Positions 13,585-27,018 of a stretch of 64,000 nucleotides of DNA are shown here, in pieces (the stretch's first letter is position 1; the number at the start of each line of letters is the position of its first letter). The notes beneath the pieces were generated by a model, which made no database searches, was not told where the DNA came from, and saw only the letters and a program-made list of their open reading frames with translations. The stretch is from Octopus vulgaris (lineage: Eukaryota): assembly GCA_951406725.2 (NCBI GenBank), contig OX597835.1, forward strand, positions 47,926,001 to 47,990,000. The letters are read 5' to 3'. Position numbers and translations under genes: made by a program.

Positions 13585-14535
13585 GGGTTTTGTCTGAAAG
13601 AAAATCTTTTCAGAGGCATGTTAGTAAAAGAAAAACAAAAACGTAATAGACATTGGAATGAAGTGAACATCGTCCCAGTAGTGACTTACGGGAATGTCAG
13701 GCGTGTTTCGATCGTCTTGGGTTTTGTCAATAGTTGCTAATAACATGCCTAGAAGAAATTTGTTCACTTCGATATATAAGAAACAGTAAATGATGTCTTC
13801 GTTGATATTCTGATATTCTTGGTGTTAGCAACTGAAATAACATTGGATTGAAATAGACACTTTGTTATCGTACCCGTTCGAAAGGCATGAGCTGTGGTTT
13901 TGCTTGAGGCGAAATATCTTCAGTGAGATGTTGTGTAAAATTTCAATAACTATATCGGAATGAAGCAAAAGTCGTCCCAACAGTGACTCACGTGAATGCC
14001 AGAGGCGAGTCGGCCTATTTGGGCTTTGCCAATGATGTATACAAGCTACTGACATGCTTTCTGCAGTATCAGTGAATGTATTACTTATAGTGTCCTATAT
14101 ATATTTCTTTACTGCCCACAAGGGGCTAAACATAGAGGGGACAAACAAGGACAGACAAAGGGATTAAGTTGATTACATCAACCGCAGTGCGTAACTGGTA
14201 CTTAATTTATCGACCCCGGAAGGATTGAAAGGCAAAGTCGACCTCGGTAGAATTTGAACTCAGAACGTAACGACAAACGAAATACCGCTAAGCATTTCGC
14301 CCAGCGCGCTAACGCTTCTGCCAGCTCGCCGCCCTAATGTGTCCTATATATCAGAGAGAACAAGTTCCGTCTGAGCATGTAACAACTAGATATACGTCAT
14401 TGAGGCGGTCCAAAAGCCGAACCGCTTCTCACGTTCCCGTGAATAACTCTACCGATGCCGCTTGCCTCATTTCAATATATATTGGGATCTTAAAACATAG
14501 TGTCTAGGAAAAGATTTTCTCTCAGACGAAAATCC
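13585..14535. mobile_element. Putative MITE-like element with sub-terminal inverted repeats
   Basis: 13585-13611 GGGTTTTGTCTGAAAGAAAATCTTTTC is an inverted match to 14508-14535. Confidence 0.4.
14103..14334 (-). mobile_element. SINE family A, full-length, with 13-bp target-site duplication
   Basis: Near-complete copy. GTGTCCTATATAT occurs at 14090-14102 and at 14339-14351. Confidence 0.9.
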
Positions 14536-14700
14536 TATCGCTCCATAGTGTACACTGATGATTATTATAGTTTAACACTGCTTCAATTATGATTGCTTAA
14601 AATTCTTAACGCCACATTCTAAACTTATAGAAGCTGAGCTCTGTTTGATTTTATGCTGTTAACTAGTGTTTCTTTTATCCAGTTTTACTCTGTGTACTGT

Positions 14701-15083
14701 GGAGGCGCAATGGCCCAGTGATTAGGGCAGCGGACTCGCGGTTGTAGGATCGCGGTTTCGATTCCCAGACCGGGCGTTGTGAGTGTTTATTGAGCGAAAA
14801 TACCTAAAGCTCCACGAGGCTCCGGCAGGGGATGGTGGTGATCCCGGCTGTACTCTTTCACCACAACTTTCTCTCACTCTTACTTCCTATTTCTATTGTA
14901 CCTGTATTTCAAAGGGCCGGCCTTGTCACTCTCTGTGTCACGCTGAATATCCCCGAGAACTACGTTAAGGGTACACGTGTCTGTGGAGTGCTCAGCCACT
15001 TACACGTAAATTTCACGAGCAGGCTGTTCTGTTGATTGGATCAACCGGAACCCTCATCGTCGTAACCGACGGAGTGCTTCCAC
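14701..15083 (+). mobile_element. tRNA-derived SINE, family C, with 12-bp target-site duplication
   Basis: tRNA-like head GGAGGCGCAATGGCCCAGTG...GTTTCGATTCCC. TCTGTGTACTGT occurs at 14689-14700 and at 15089-15100. Confidence 0.9.
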
Positions 15084-15860
15084 TATAGTCTGTGTACTGT
15101 ACTGCATTAACTACTTGATGTAAATATATAATCAAATGACAAGAAGCAGCCATACTTGTGTTCCTTATGTTATTCTATATAGAATTCCACAAATATTAAA
15201 ACCAAATTGCAAACCAAAGATCAATACATTCATCACCTATAAAATCATCATTGATGCTAACAAAATTTACCGTTGTATAATCATCAAAAACAGCGTTGAT
15301 TATTTTGTCAGTGACAACACAATTGCCATGATACTTTGCGACATACTGAAAAGTGCAGGGAAACACAAACGTACCATTATTTAGCATCACGTGTTAAAGA
15401 TGGAACTGGGACAAGTCTCAAAGCGTTAACGGATTTACATTCGCTCATTAATTGTTTTGATATAAACGCAAAGGACAAATTACAATCACGGAAGATTCTC
15501 AGTTAAAATGTATTAAACTCACACGTAGAAATGTCTTTGATATAAAATATATGCAAGGTAGCACGTTGTCTAAATCGTTAGCACGCCGGACAAAATGCGT
15601 TGCGGCATTTCGTCCGTCTTTACGTTCTGAATACAGATTCCAACGAGGTCGATGAAATAAATGCCATTTGAGCACTGGGGGTCAACATAATCGACTTAAC
15701 CTTTCCCCTCAGATTACTGGCCTTCTGCTCAAATGTTTGAAACCGATACAAATTCTAGGCAAGAAATGAAACACTTTATTTGCATACACACACACACACA
15801 CACACACACACATATGAACACGCACTCACGTAGGCATGCACGCACGCACACAGCCGCAGG

Positions 15861-15939
<79 letters not shown>

Positions 15940-16303
15940 ATGTAGTGCCGAACTGCAGCATTTGAACGCCAGTTAAGGAAATCTTAACCAAATAAATGAT
16001 TGTTTTGAGAGATTGAAATACCAGCGCTGGAGAAGGGTCAGACGATGAAGCAGTAAGTAAGAAGAGGCCCCAAACTGCCACAGAAGGACATTTGACCAGG
16101 TAGGGTCAGATCATGTATGGTGGAAAGAAAAAAGAAAAGCAATCAGTGATTCGTTGGTCCAGAGTTTCGTGTATCACGGTTTCAATACTTTCCATCAATC
16201 ACACACTTTGTACTTTTCTGTCGATCTTAACATTTTAAAAAAGAAGAAAACAAAACCCACACCCACACACATATATATGCATATGAATATATATATATGC
16301 ATA

Positions 16304-16386
<83 letters not shown>

Positions 16387-16399
16387 TCATATGCATATA

Positions 16400-16483
<84 letters not shown>

Positions 16484-16510
16484 TTTATTTAAAGCAGCAG
16501 AAAATTCAAC

Positions 16511-16557
16511 AAAACCTGTTACTCTGAGTTTCCGGTTTCCGTTCGTCGGACAGTTTT
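16511..16557 (-). ncRNA. Minimal hammerhead ribozyme, U4C core variant
   Basis: Minus: aaaactgt-CCGACGA-a-CGG aaa CCG-GAAA-CTC a GAG-TA-acaggtttt. It is a roughly 80-bp island between two (TA)n tracts. Confidence 0.7.
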
Positions 16558-16559
16558 TG

Positions 16560-16638
<79 letters not shown>

Positions 16639-16645
16639 TACACAT

Positions 16646-16925
16646 AAGATGGACTCTCGCGTCGTTAGACGACGTATGCGGGTTGGTCAGTTTCTTAACG
16701 AAAAACCACATTGTTGATTTCTTTATAGTGATCAAGTGTTTGTGTACACCTAAGCTCACATTACCTGTACAGGTGAAACGTGTGCCACATGTCAGATGAC
16801 GAAATGATCGCAGAACAACGTGAAATAAAGTTCTTTGCTCAAGAACACAACGTAAGCCCGGCATGGAAATCGAACCCATGATCTCACAATCGTGAGTGCA
16901 ACACACTAATCGCTAAACCATTCAC
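16646..16925 (-). mobile_element. SINE family C-like copy
   Basis: Minus: TGGTTTAGCGATTAG...GGTTCGATTTCC...GTTGTGTTCTTGAGCAAAG, a tRNA-like head. Confidence 0.65.
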
Positions 16926-17102
16926 ATTCACACATACACACACACACATATGTATATATGTATATATATATATATATAGATATATATATATATATATATA
17001 TATATAGATGTACTTATAACACACATATACATACATACATACCTACATACATACATAATACATACATACATACATACATACATACATACATACATACACA
17101 CA

Positions 17103-17133
<31 letters not shown>

Positions 17134-17162
17134 GTACATACATACATACATACATACATACA

Positions 17163-17194
<32 letters not shown>

Positions 17195-17261
17195 CATACA
17201 TATACATGTACAAAAATAAGTTTATGCATATCCACATATATATATATATATACTTACATAA

Positions 17262-17292
<31 letters not shown>

Positions 17293-17747
17293 TGTATGTA
17301 TGTATGTATGTATGTATGTATGTATGTACTATGTATGTATGTATGTATGTATGTATGTATGTATGTATGTATGTATGTATGTATGTACTATGTATGTATG
17401 TATGTATGTATGTATGTATGTATGTATGTATGTATGTATGTATGTATGTATGTATGTATGTGTATGTATGTATGTGTGCGTGTTGGAGCAAATATTGCGT
17501 GGAAATACAAGCGAACAAGTTATGAAGGAAGACGGGACGTTATCAGTGAAAGATCTTCCCAAACCGGGAACGCTAAATGAAAAGAAAGCATAACATCAGC
17601 TGTTGCTTAAACACTAAATTAATTAATGTACATCAGTTAGGAAATAAATTCGGTGTAGCAACGAAATATGGTGTACGGCGCAAGTATATCTCCGTATCCA
17701 TCTTATCTAGACTTTGGCATTTATATATGTATGTATATATGTATGTA

Positions 17748-18138
17748 TTTATATACACATATAGAGAGACATATATATGTAGGAGTATCTATGTATGTCT
17801 TTGTGTGTGTATACACACACACATTTGTAAATATATTTATAGGTGTATATGTGTCTATGTTTATATACATGTGTATGTGTACTTATTTATATATACCTGT
17901 ATACACACGCAAACACATGTAGATCCGTGTGTCTATATATTTATATAGACACATAGAGAGACATATATATGTAGGAGTATCTATGTATGTCTTTGTGTGT
18001 CTATACACACACACATTTGTAAATATATCTATAGGTGTATATGTGTCTATGTTTATATACATATGTACATATACATGTGTATGTGTAATTATTTATACAT
18101 ACCTGTATACACACGCAAACACATGTAGATCCGTGTGT
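17748..18138 (+). repeat. Tandem duplication of about 190 bp of low-complexity DNA
   Basis: AGAGAGACATATATATGTAGGAGTATCTATG...ACACATGTAGATCCGTGTGT occurs twice in tandem. Confidence 0.85.
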
Positions 18139-18271
18139 GAACGACTGCGTGAATGTATATAGGCTTGTATTTATATATGTGTATGTTGTTTATTTGTATA
18201 TGACGGACACAAGCAAGCTCATACACATACATACAATATATTTCAGTGAGTGTATACACAAACGCACACGC

Positions 18272-18342
<71 letters not shown>

Positions 18343-19074
18343 TGTATTCTATAATGTAAACTAATGTGTGCAAATACATCAAAATATATACGAATATATA
18401 GATTTATATATACATGTATATATTTGTATATGCATATACAGTAAACACGCACGTATGCACAAACACCACACACACACGCACACACACACGTACACACAAG
18501 CATATATATATATATGTGTGTGTGTAAGTGTATATATATATATATATATATACACTTATATATTTATATATGTATACATTTATATATATATATATATATA
18601 TACATACATAAATAAATATATATATATATTCATATATTCATAATCATTTACATTTATTCTGGCGCACTCATTCATACACAGCCAATGTGTATATATTACC
18701 CATATATACATGTACAAGATGGAGAATGATGAAACTCCGTGTAGCGACGATTGTATCGATGTAAATTTTCTACCTTTTATTGTTATCAAGTATGTGATCA
18801 GTTGCACATTTTCACCACGGCATCAACACGTATGACACACATGTTTCCTCATCTAAAATAACTTGGATGCATCGAACTTAACTGGGCGACGATAAGAAAA
18901 CAAAATAAACAAAAACAAACGAAAAAGCTAAATATCCGAAGTATGATAAACCACATTCCAATACAGGGTACATGCATAAACTTTTAGACAACTAAAATCT
19001 ATAGATATACTCTCATACTTTACAATATTGAAACCGAAACACAGTAAGTGAAGCAAACTATCTGCTTATTTTCC

Positions 19075-19245
<171 letters not shown>

Positions 19246-19249
19246 TATA

Positions 19250-19650
19250 GGCGCAGGAGTGGCTGTGTGGTAAGTACCTTGCTAACCAACCACATGGTTT
19301 CGGGTTCAGTCCCACTGCGTGGTATCTTGGGTAAGTGTCTTCTGCTATAGCCCCAGGCCGACCAATGCCTTGTGAGTAGATTTGGTAGACGGAAACTGAA
19401 AGAAGCCTGTCGTATATATATATGTGTGTGTGTATGTGTGTGTGCATGTCTGTGTTTGTCCCCCTAGCATTGCTTGACAACCGATGCTGGTGTGTTTACG
19501 TCCCCGTCACTTAGCGGTTCGGCAAAAGAGACCGATAGAATAAGTACTGGGCTTACAAAGAATAAGTCCCGGGGTCAATTTGCTCGACTAAAGGCGGTGC
19601 TCCAGTATGGCCGCAGTCAAATGACTGAAACAAGTAAAAGAGTAAAAGAG
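19250..19650 (+). mobile_element. SINE family B, full-length
   Basis: GGCGCAGGAGTGGCTGTGTGGTAAG head, GGTTCAGTCCC B box, internal TA/TG tract and tail GGCGGTGCTCCAGTATGGCCGCAGTCAAATGACTGAAAC plus (GTAAAAGA)2. Confidence 0.9.
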
Positions 19651-19694
19651 TATATATATATATATATATATATAATTCTTAGAGGACAAAGACG

Positions 19695-19821
19695 TTAAGA
19701 CAAGGCAAACATCTCAAAGCATATACATTATTATTATTATTGAAAAAAAAATTGGAAAAATAATTTTTTATTGAAAAAAAATAATAATGTACAAGACTTG
19801 AGATGTTTGTCTTGCCTTAAC
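19695..19821. repeat. Imperfect fold-back inverted repeat next to a TA tract
   Basis: GTTAAGACAAGGCAAACATCTCAA is inverted against TTGAGATGTTTGTCTTGCCTTAAC. Confidence 0.7.
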
Positions 19822-20045
19822 TTTTGTTATCCTGTTTGACAATTGTATATCCGCTATATCGGAAATCTGCAATGACTCCAGAACTATCGTCCCGGATATA
19901 ACCTTTAGAGCCCCAGTAATCTGTTACACCACTTACCTAGCGTACCCAATCGTTTATAACACCTGTGAACTTAACGCCAATATTTTGTGTATAATAATGA
20001 TAATGATAATAATAATAATATTAATAATATTAATAATAATAATAA

Positions 20046-20081
<36 letters not shown>

Positions 20082-20395
20082 TAATAATAATGATAATAAT
20101 AATAATAATAATGATAAGAAGAAGAAGAATAAGAAGAAGAAGAAGAAGAATTCAGAGAGAATCCGGTATTTGAAAAGATATGCACCAGGTAGGGTTGATA
20201 AACGTGTGGTTCCGGCCTACAGTTGGTAGGTATCAAATAGGATATTTCGGTTGTGTACTCAAAGAAAACCAACCCTATGGGTATTTAGCGCCTAAAGGGG
20301 TTGGTTCAAATAACGCGTTACGTTGATTGTACGTTGTTGGCATACTCTAGGGTGTCCTCCGACAAACCGTAAATCCCCTTTGAGTATTTTAATCA

Positions 20396-20458
20396 AATGA
20401 ATAATAACAGACGATGGATAATTGACAGCTGGCAAATATCCATCGTCTGTTATTCATT
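20396..20458. repeat. Near-perfect palindrome (hairpin)
   Basis: AATAACAGACGATGGATA-ATTGACAGCTGGCAAA-TATCCATCGTCTGTTATT. Confidence 0.85.
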
Positions 20459-20481
20459 ATATTTATATATAAATATATCAA

Positions 20482-20828
20482 TGGAAGACGCATGGTTCAG
20501 TGGTTAGAGCGTCGGACTTACAGTCATGAGGTAGTGAGTTTGATTCCCGGACCGAGCTGGTGTTGTGTTCTTGGGCAAGACACTTTATTTCTCGCTGCTG
20601 CTCCAGTTCACTCAGCTGTAGAAATGAGTTGTGACGTTGTGTCAAGCTGCGTTGGCCCCTTTGCCCCTTTGCCTTTCCTTTGGATAGCATCAGTCGTGTG
20701 GAGAGGGGAGACCGGCATGCATGGCTGACTGCTTGTTTTCTATAAACAACCTTGCCCAGACTTGTGCCTCGGAGGGGAACCTTCTAGGTGCAATCCCGTG
20801 GTCATTCATGACCAAGGGCTGTCCTTTA
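20482..20828 (+). mobile_element. SINE family C
   Basis: GGAAGACGCATGGTTCAGTGGTTAGAGCGTCGGAC...GAGTTTGATTCCC tRNA-like head. Confidence 0.8.
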
Positions 20829-20853
20829 TATATATATATATTCCTATGACCAC

Positions 20854-20892
20854 AACTGTCCGACAAACGATAGCAGAAAACTCTGAGTAACA
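20854..20892 (+). ncRNA. Degenerate hammerhead of the same family as 16511-16557
   Basis: aactgt-CCGACAAACGATAGCAGAAAA-CTCTGAG-TA-ACA aligns to the minus copy at 16511. The core is mutated. Confidence 0.5.
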
Positions 20893-21018
20893 TCGATTAG
20901 ACTTTCAGGTTTTAATAAATGCATATTGCTCTACTTTCGGTATTTGAGTATTTTTTCTCCATCTTGTTTTGCATTTATGTGCTTCCTTGTATATACAATT
21001 ACTCACACACACACACAC

Positions 21019-21101
<83 letters not shown>

Positions 21102-21206
21102 CATCAATAATAATAAGGCGGCACAGAAGGACACAAGGGTCGAGATATTCGAAATGTGCCAACGCAGCAATCTTTTCGCCCTGAAGTCACACTGTATCTT
21201 CAGCAG

Positions 21207-21267
<61 letters not shown>

Positions 21268-21296
21268 TCACCACCACCACCACCACCACCACCACC

Positions 21297-21370
<74 letters not shown>

Positions 21371-21371
21371 A
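21207..21371. repeat. (CTA)n-(CCA)n-(CTA)n compound microsatellite
   Basis: Directly visible. Confidence 0.95.
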
Positions 21372-21410
21372 ATAATTTATATATATATGAGTGTGTATGT
21401 GCGTGTGTGT

Positions 21411-21598
21411 GAAGGCGCGTGGCTTAGTGGTTAGGATGTTTGGCTCACGGTCCTAAGGTATTGAGTTCAGTTCTCGGCGACGCGTTGTATCCTTGAGCAA
21501 GACACTTTATTTCTCTTTGCTCCAGTCCACTCAGCTGGCAGAAATGAGTTGTACCGGTATTTCAAAGGGCCGGCCTTGTCACGTTCTGTGCTACACTG
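21411..21598 (+). mobile_element. SINE family C fragment
   Basis: GAAGGCGCGTGGCTTAGTGGTTAGG...CAAGACACTTTATTTC...CCAGTCCACTCAGCTG. Confidence 0.75.
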
Positions 21599-21599
21599 C

Positions 21600-22465
21600 T
21601 TTGTATTTGTACAAGTTGGCTCCAAGTCTCACCCAGAGACCTCAAGAGACAACAAGTTAGTAGTTCAAGTTGGTGTTATGCCTAGGGTGTCATATATTTG
21701 GTTTTGCACACATTATTGTTCTAGAGAATGTTTAAGAAAACATGAGAAAATTATAAGTTTGTTTTAAAATTTTAGATTACATAGACTGTATTTTACGTAG
21801 GATATGGGCAGTTTCCATGAGCTCTATCTTTTGAATTTCTGCCATTTTGGGGTTTCCTGGTAACTGAGCTAGGTAAGAATCAACCCCTTTTGCTATCATT
21901 CTCAGGGCACCTATGACAACAGGTATTGTTTTAGTCTTGAGGTTCCACATTTTGCTAACTTCTATTTCAAGATCTTGCTCAGTTTTTGGTAGGTCTTGAA
22001 AGATACATTTAAGTCGATTGGGACTGTCATATCAATGAGAAGGCATGATTTTTGTCTGACCTATTCGCCTCTATCTTTCTGTTAGTTTGAATGGTGAAGT
22101 TCCGGAGGCGTGAAATGTGATCATTTTCAATCACTGAAGGTGGTTTGTGTTCCCACCAGCTTTTATCATGGGGCAGGTCCAGGTTTTTGCAAATTACCCA
22201 GTGAATATATTGTGCTGCTCTATCGTGCCTGTTGAGATACTCTGTAGGCGCAAGAAGACTGCTCATGGAGACAACATGACCAATGGTTTCATTTTGTTGT
22301 TTACATGCACATGTTGGACTACTGCCGTACTTTAATAAGTTGGCCTGATAGTTCCTTGTAGGTAGGCATTGATCTTGGACTGCTGCGATAAACCCTTTTG
22401 TATCTGATGTTAAGCCAGAAGACACTAACTATAGATAGGTAAGGGCTTTGTCAACATCGGCATTA
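21600..22465 (-). mobile_element. R4/Dong-clade LINE 3' fragment (CCHC knuckle and restriction-like endonuclease)
   Basis: AVQDQCLPTRNY, C..KQQNETIGHVVS, YLNRHD, WWEHKP, IEANRSD, followed by DLEIEVSKMWNLKTKTIPVVIGAL. Confidence 0.9.
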
Positions 22466-22489
22466 TTATGTCCACATGATTTAAATAAG

Positions 22490-23700
22490 TTATCAAGTGC
22501 TCGAAATCCTTCTGATGATTTTTCCTGTTCTTATCAGGCAAACCATCTGTAGAAACCTTTCCGTACATTCCATTCCAGTCTCCTTTATCCATTTGTCTAT
22601 TTCATTACTTAGCGTCCCTAATGCACCAATTATCACAGGTAAAATCTTTCCAGATTTCATACTTCAAATCCTCGTAATCTCAGATTGTAAGGCATTGTAT
22701 TTTTTCCACTTTTCATCTGCTTTCTTCAGAATCCTAGAATTAAATGGACATTACAGATCAATTACGAGACCAATTCTATTTTCCATAGCTATTACTGTAA
22801 TATCTGGCTTGTTGTGGCCTATCTTCTTATCCATTTGAATAGGAAAACCTCACCAAATCTTGCATGTTTCCGACTAAAGTGCCATTCCTACCTGAGGATT
22901 GTAGCAAGGCTTCCTTTGACAAAGCTTCCTTTGTAAAACTTTTACAACTTAATCATTTCTCCACTTCTTACATTCTTTCTGGGTTAACTTAGGACATACG
23001 GCAACAACGTGTGCCATTGTTTCATCCACAATTCCGCACACTCTACGTCTGTGGACACCTTTTCTCAATACACATTATCTCAAGTTGCCGATTCGTAGTG
23101 CTTGATCTTGACCTGCTGTTAAAAAGCTATCATTTCCTTTCCAGAAGTCCCCTTTTCATCCAAGCACAGTTTCTCTTGTTTCACGTCCTCAGTGGTTAAC
23201 CAAAACCGACCATGTAACGATTTCTCTTCAATCTCTTCAACATTTTCTTTTTTAATTTCATTTTTGTCTTTTTCCCATTTTTCAAGTCCTAATCGCATGT
23301 CCTTTATTCACTATCTTTAGTAACTTTTTCTTTGCTATTTCATTCCATTTGCACACAATTCCTCCCTAATCAAGCCTCTTCCACCCGTTGGTGGGTTCTG
23401 TACGGGGTCAACAGTTTTCTAGTTTTACAGTTAAGTTTCTGTATTTTGCCTCTTTCCCAACCCACAATATCAGCTCCATGTCTGATCATTGATCTTGATT
23501 CAAATTCAGTCTTGCCTGTAACATTTTCCACACTCTTCCATAATCTCTACTTGCAGTTTGCCTCAGAAAGTCATGTTTTATTTCATCTACCTTCTCTATA
23601 CCGAAATACTGGTCCTTTCTCAACTAATTTCATTCTTTGCCCGATCCTTCAAATCTTCCTCGTTTCATTATAAACATAGGAAACTTCTTCAAATCCTTTG
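22490..23700 (-). mobile_element. Second, more decayed R4/Dong-clade LINE 3' fragment (different family)
   Basis: The minus strand translates IQMDKKIGHNKPDI...LPVIIGALG...TGKIIRR, and upstream KTRKLLT and GGRGLI (RT thumb). Confidence 0.8.
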
Positions 23701-23807
23701 AAAAAATACGAACAAGATGTTGAAAACATTCCAGCTGCTCCTAATTTTTTTTGTATAAAAGCCATCATCTTGGAATACACCGCGTTTGATGTTCACAGTC
23801 TTGAGTT

Positions 23808-24066
23808 TTGCTGTTGCTGTTGTTGTTGTTGTTGGTCTTCTTCTTCTTCTTCTTCTTCTTCTTCTTCTTCTTCTTCTTCTTCTTCTTCTTCTTCTTCTTC
23901 TTCTTCTTCTTCTTCTTCTTCTTCTCTTTTCCTTCTTCTTCTTCTTCTTCTTCTTCTTCTTCTTCTTCTTCTTCTTCTTCTTCTTCTTCTTCTTCTTCTT
24001 TTCCTTCTTCTTTTCTTCTTCTTCTTCTTCTTCTTCTTCTTCTTCTTCTTCTTCTTCTTCTTCTTC
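23808..24066. repeat. (TTG)n/(TTC)n microsatellite
   Basis: Directly visible. Confidence 0.95.
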
Positions 24067-24532
24067 TCTGCCAAGACTTCACAACGATCTCGAACCTCCT
24101 TTGAAAAGGAAATTGAGAGTGGAGAGGGAAGTGCTGTCTTCGAGTGAGCTTATTGAAAGGTGAGTGAAAGTAGCGAAAATGGCAAGAGTGCGTGTAGACC
24201 TATGAGTCGGAGAGAAGGAACTGGAGAGGGCACTTGCTCCTAAGGTTTCAGGGAAATCTCGGACAGTGGGGGTTCCTCGATTATCCGTAGAGGCGTTCTT
24301 GTATGAGGAGGACCACATCTCTATAATTCTACCCTCACCCACACACACTTTTTCCTTATTCTTTGTAACTCTGTATGTTATGCGTATGTCTCCTGCTTCC
24401 AATCCTATATCGTCTATACCTACCTTTTTGTATCATTTCATTATTATATGTAAACCCTCGCACTTTATGTCTGTCTCTGTATTGTTCCCTTCATCTTTCG
24501 CCCTCTTGGCAAATCAATGAAATCATCATCAG

Positions 24533-24586
<54 letters not shown>

Positions 24587-25062
24587 TGTTATTATTATTA
24601 AGGCAACGAACCGGCAGAACATTCAACGCGTCGGACAAAATACCAAGCGTTATATCATCCGGTTCTTTACGGTTTTTCCCGCAAATTCCGACGATATCGG
24701 CTTTATCTTTTTCATCATTTAGGCATCAATAAAATAAAGTACCTTTCTAGTATGGAGTACGATATAATCGACTTCAGGCTTGTACTCGAAATGGCTAACC
24801 TTTGACCAAAATAAGAAAGCGCTACAACTATGTGTTCATTCACCTTTCTTCTTATAATGAGAGAAGCTTCTCTTCTGCAATTGTGGAATCCACATTCTCT
24901 CTCATAGAATCTGTTGACTGCATTACAGACGATAATTTATGCACGGCTGCAACGCTGCCTCCTGCTCTACCCACTCCTCTTCAGAACTAACTTTGTAATC
25001 TCTCTCGCATCCTTTACATACACATTCATGGATAACCAAGGCATGTACGTGTGCATGCGTGC

Positions 25063-25095
<33 letters not shown>

Positions 25096-25636
25096 TGTAT
25101 GTATGTATGTACGTATGTATGTATGCATATATGTATGAAGGTACGTATGCATGTATTAGTATAAGTATATATATATATATACATATACAAACATTCATAT
25201 ATATATATATATATATGTGTGTGTATGCATATATATATATATACATGCATATATATATACATATACATATATATATATACTCATATAACTATCAATATAT
25301 GTATTTATATATATATATATATAGATATATATATATATATATATAGATAGATAGATAGATAGATAGATATGCATATATATGTATATATACATATACATAT
25401 GTTTTCACCCACACGGACATGTATGTAAGCATACATATACTGCAGACACATGTAGATAACATATAGATAGATAAGTAGTAAATATATAGTATACATATAG
25501 TTACGTATTCACATACACGTACATACATGCAAAAAAATAAGTGTGTACAGATATCTATACAATCAATGCTTGCCTGCGCGCACACATGAAATGTCAACAT
25601 ACAACTAGTAACAGTTATCCATGCGTGTATATATAT

Positions 25637-25710
<74 letters not shown>

Positions 25711-25798
25711 GGTTGAACAGACAGAACACACACACACACACATATATATATATATGCAGAAATGTTCATAAAACTGTATGTACATATATATATGTATA

Positions 25799-25829
<31 letters not shown>

Positions 25830-26037
25830 GTATATATGCATATATATGCATATATCTATATATGCATATACATATGCATATATATATATATGCATATATA
25901 TATTCATATATATATATACATATATATATATATATGCATATATATATATATATTCATATATATATATATATGTATATATATATGCATATATATATGTATA
26001 TATATATATGCATATATATATTATATATATATATATA

Positions 26038-26100
<63 letters not shown>

Positions 26101-26495
26101 TATAGACTAAGTGACATACAAGCTCACAACCAATACCAAAATTTACTCATTCTTAACATGCCTCTACATCTCTCCATACGCTCTAACATGTAAAACTAGA
26201 CAGGAATTGGTGATTCCGCCTGGTTTAAGAAAGGAAGATGTTAATTTGGGAGGGAATCGCCACTACTGGCACGCTTATACGGGAAGACATATAGATGCAT
26301 ATGCGCAAAGACATGTGCATATACAGTGTAGAGCAACACACCACGCACAACACACAGACATACATACATTGACACAGACATACTTACACCATGATACAAA
26401 CATGTGTATATCTGACCCTTCTCACATACGCGCACACACACATACACCAACCACACTCATATACACTTGCATATATAAATATATACTTACATATA

Positions 26496-26556
<61 letters not shown>

Positions 26557-26767
26557 ATACATATGTATAAATGTATATATATATATAATTGTACAATAGA
26601 AATATAAGCGTTATGTATATATATACATATATACCTAAATACATACAGATATATGTGTGTGTTTCTATGTGTATATATATTTATATATACATATATGTAT
26701 GCAATTATATACATACAAGCACACATATGTCGATATATAATTATATATACATATGTATGCAGGCGTG

Positions 26768-26798
<31 letters not shown>

Positions 26799-26954
26799 GG
26801 ACGAATATCTAATCTCTGTCTCTCTCCATGTGTATGTGTCTGTATGTGTGAGGGCGTATATGCTTGTGCGTAATTTTGTATATATATATACGTAGGTATA
26901 CATGTATATATATATATTTACATGTGTGTATAAGTATATATATACATATGTATG

Positions 26955-27018
<64 letters not shown>

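Noticed and set aside
17030-17480. (CATA)n facing (TATG)n, forming a potential large fold-back
   Set aside because: These tetranucleotide tracts are so abundant here that opposite orientation is expected by chance.
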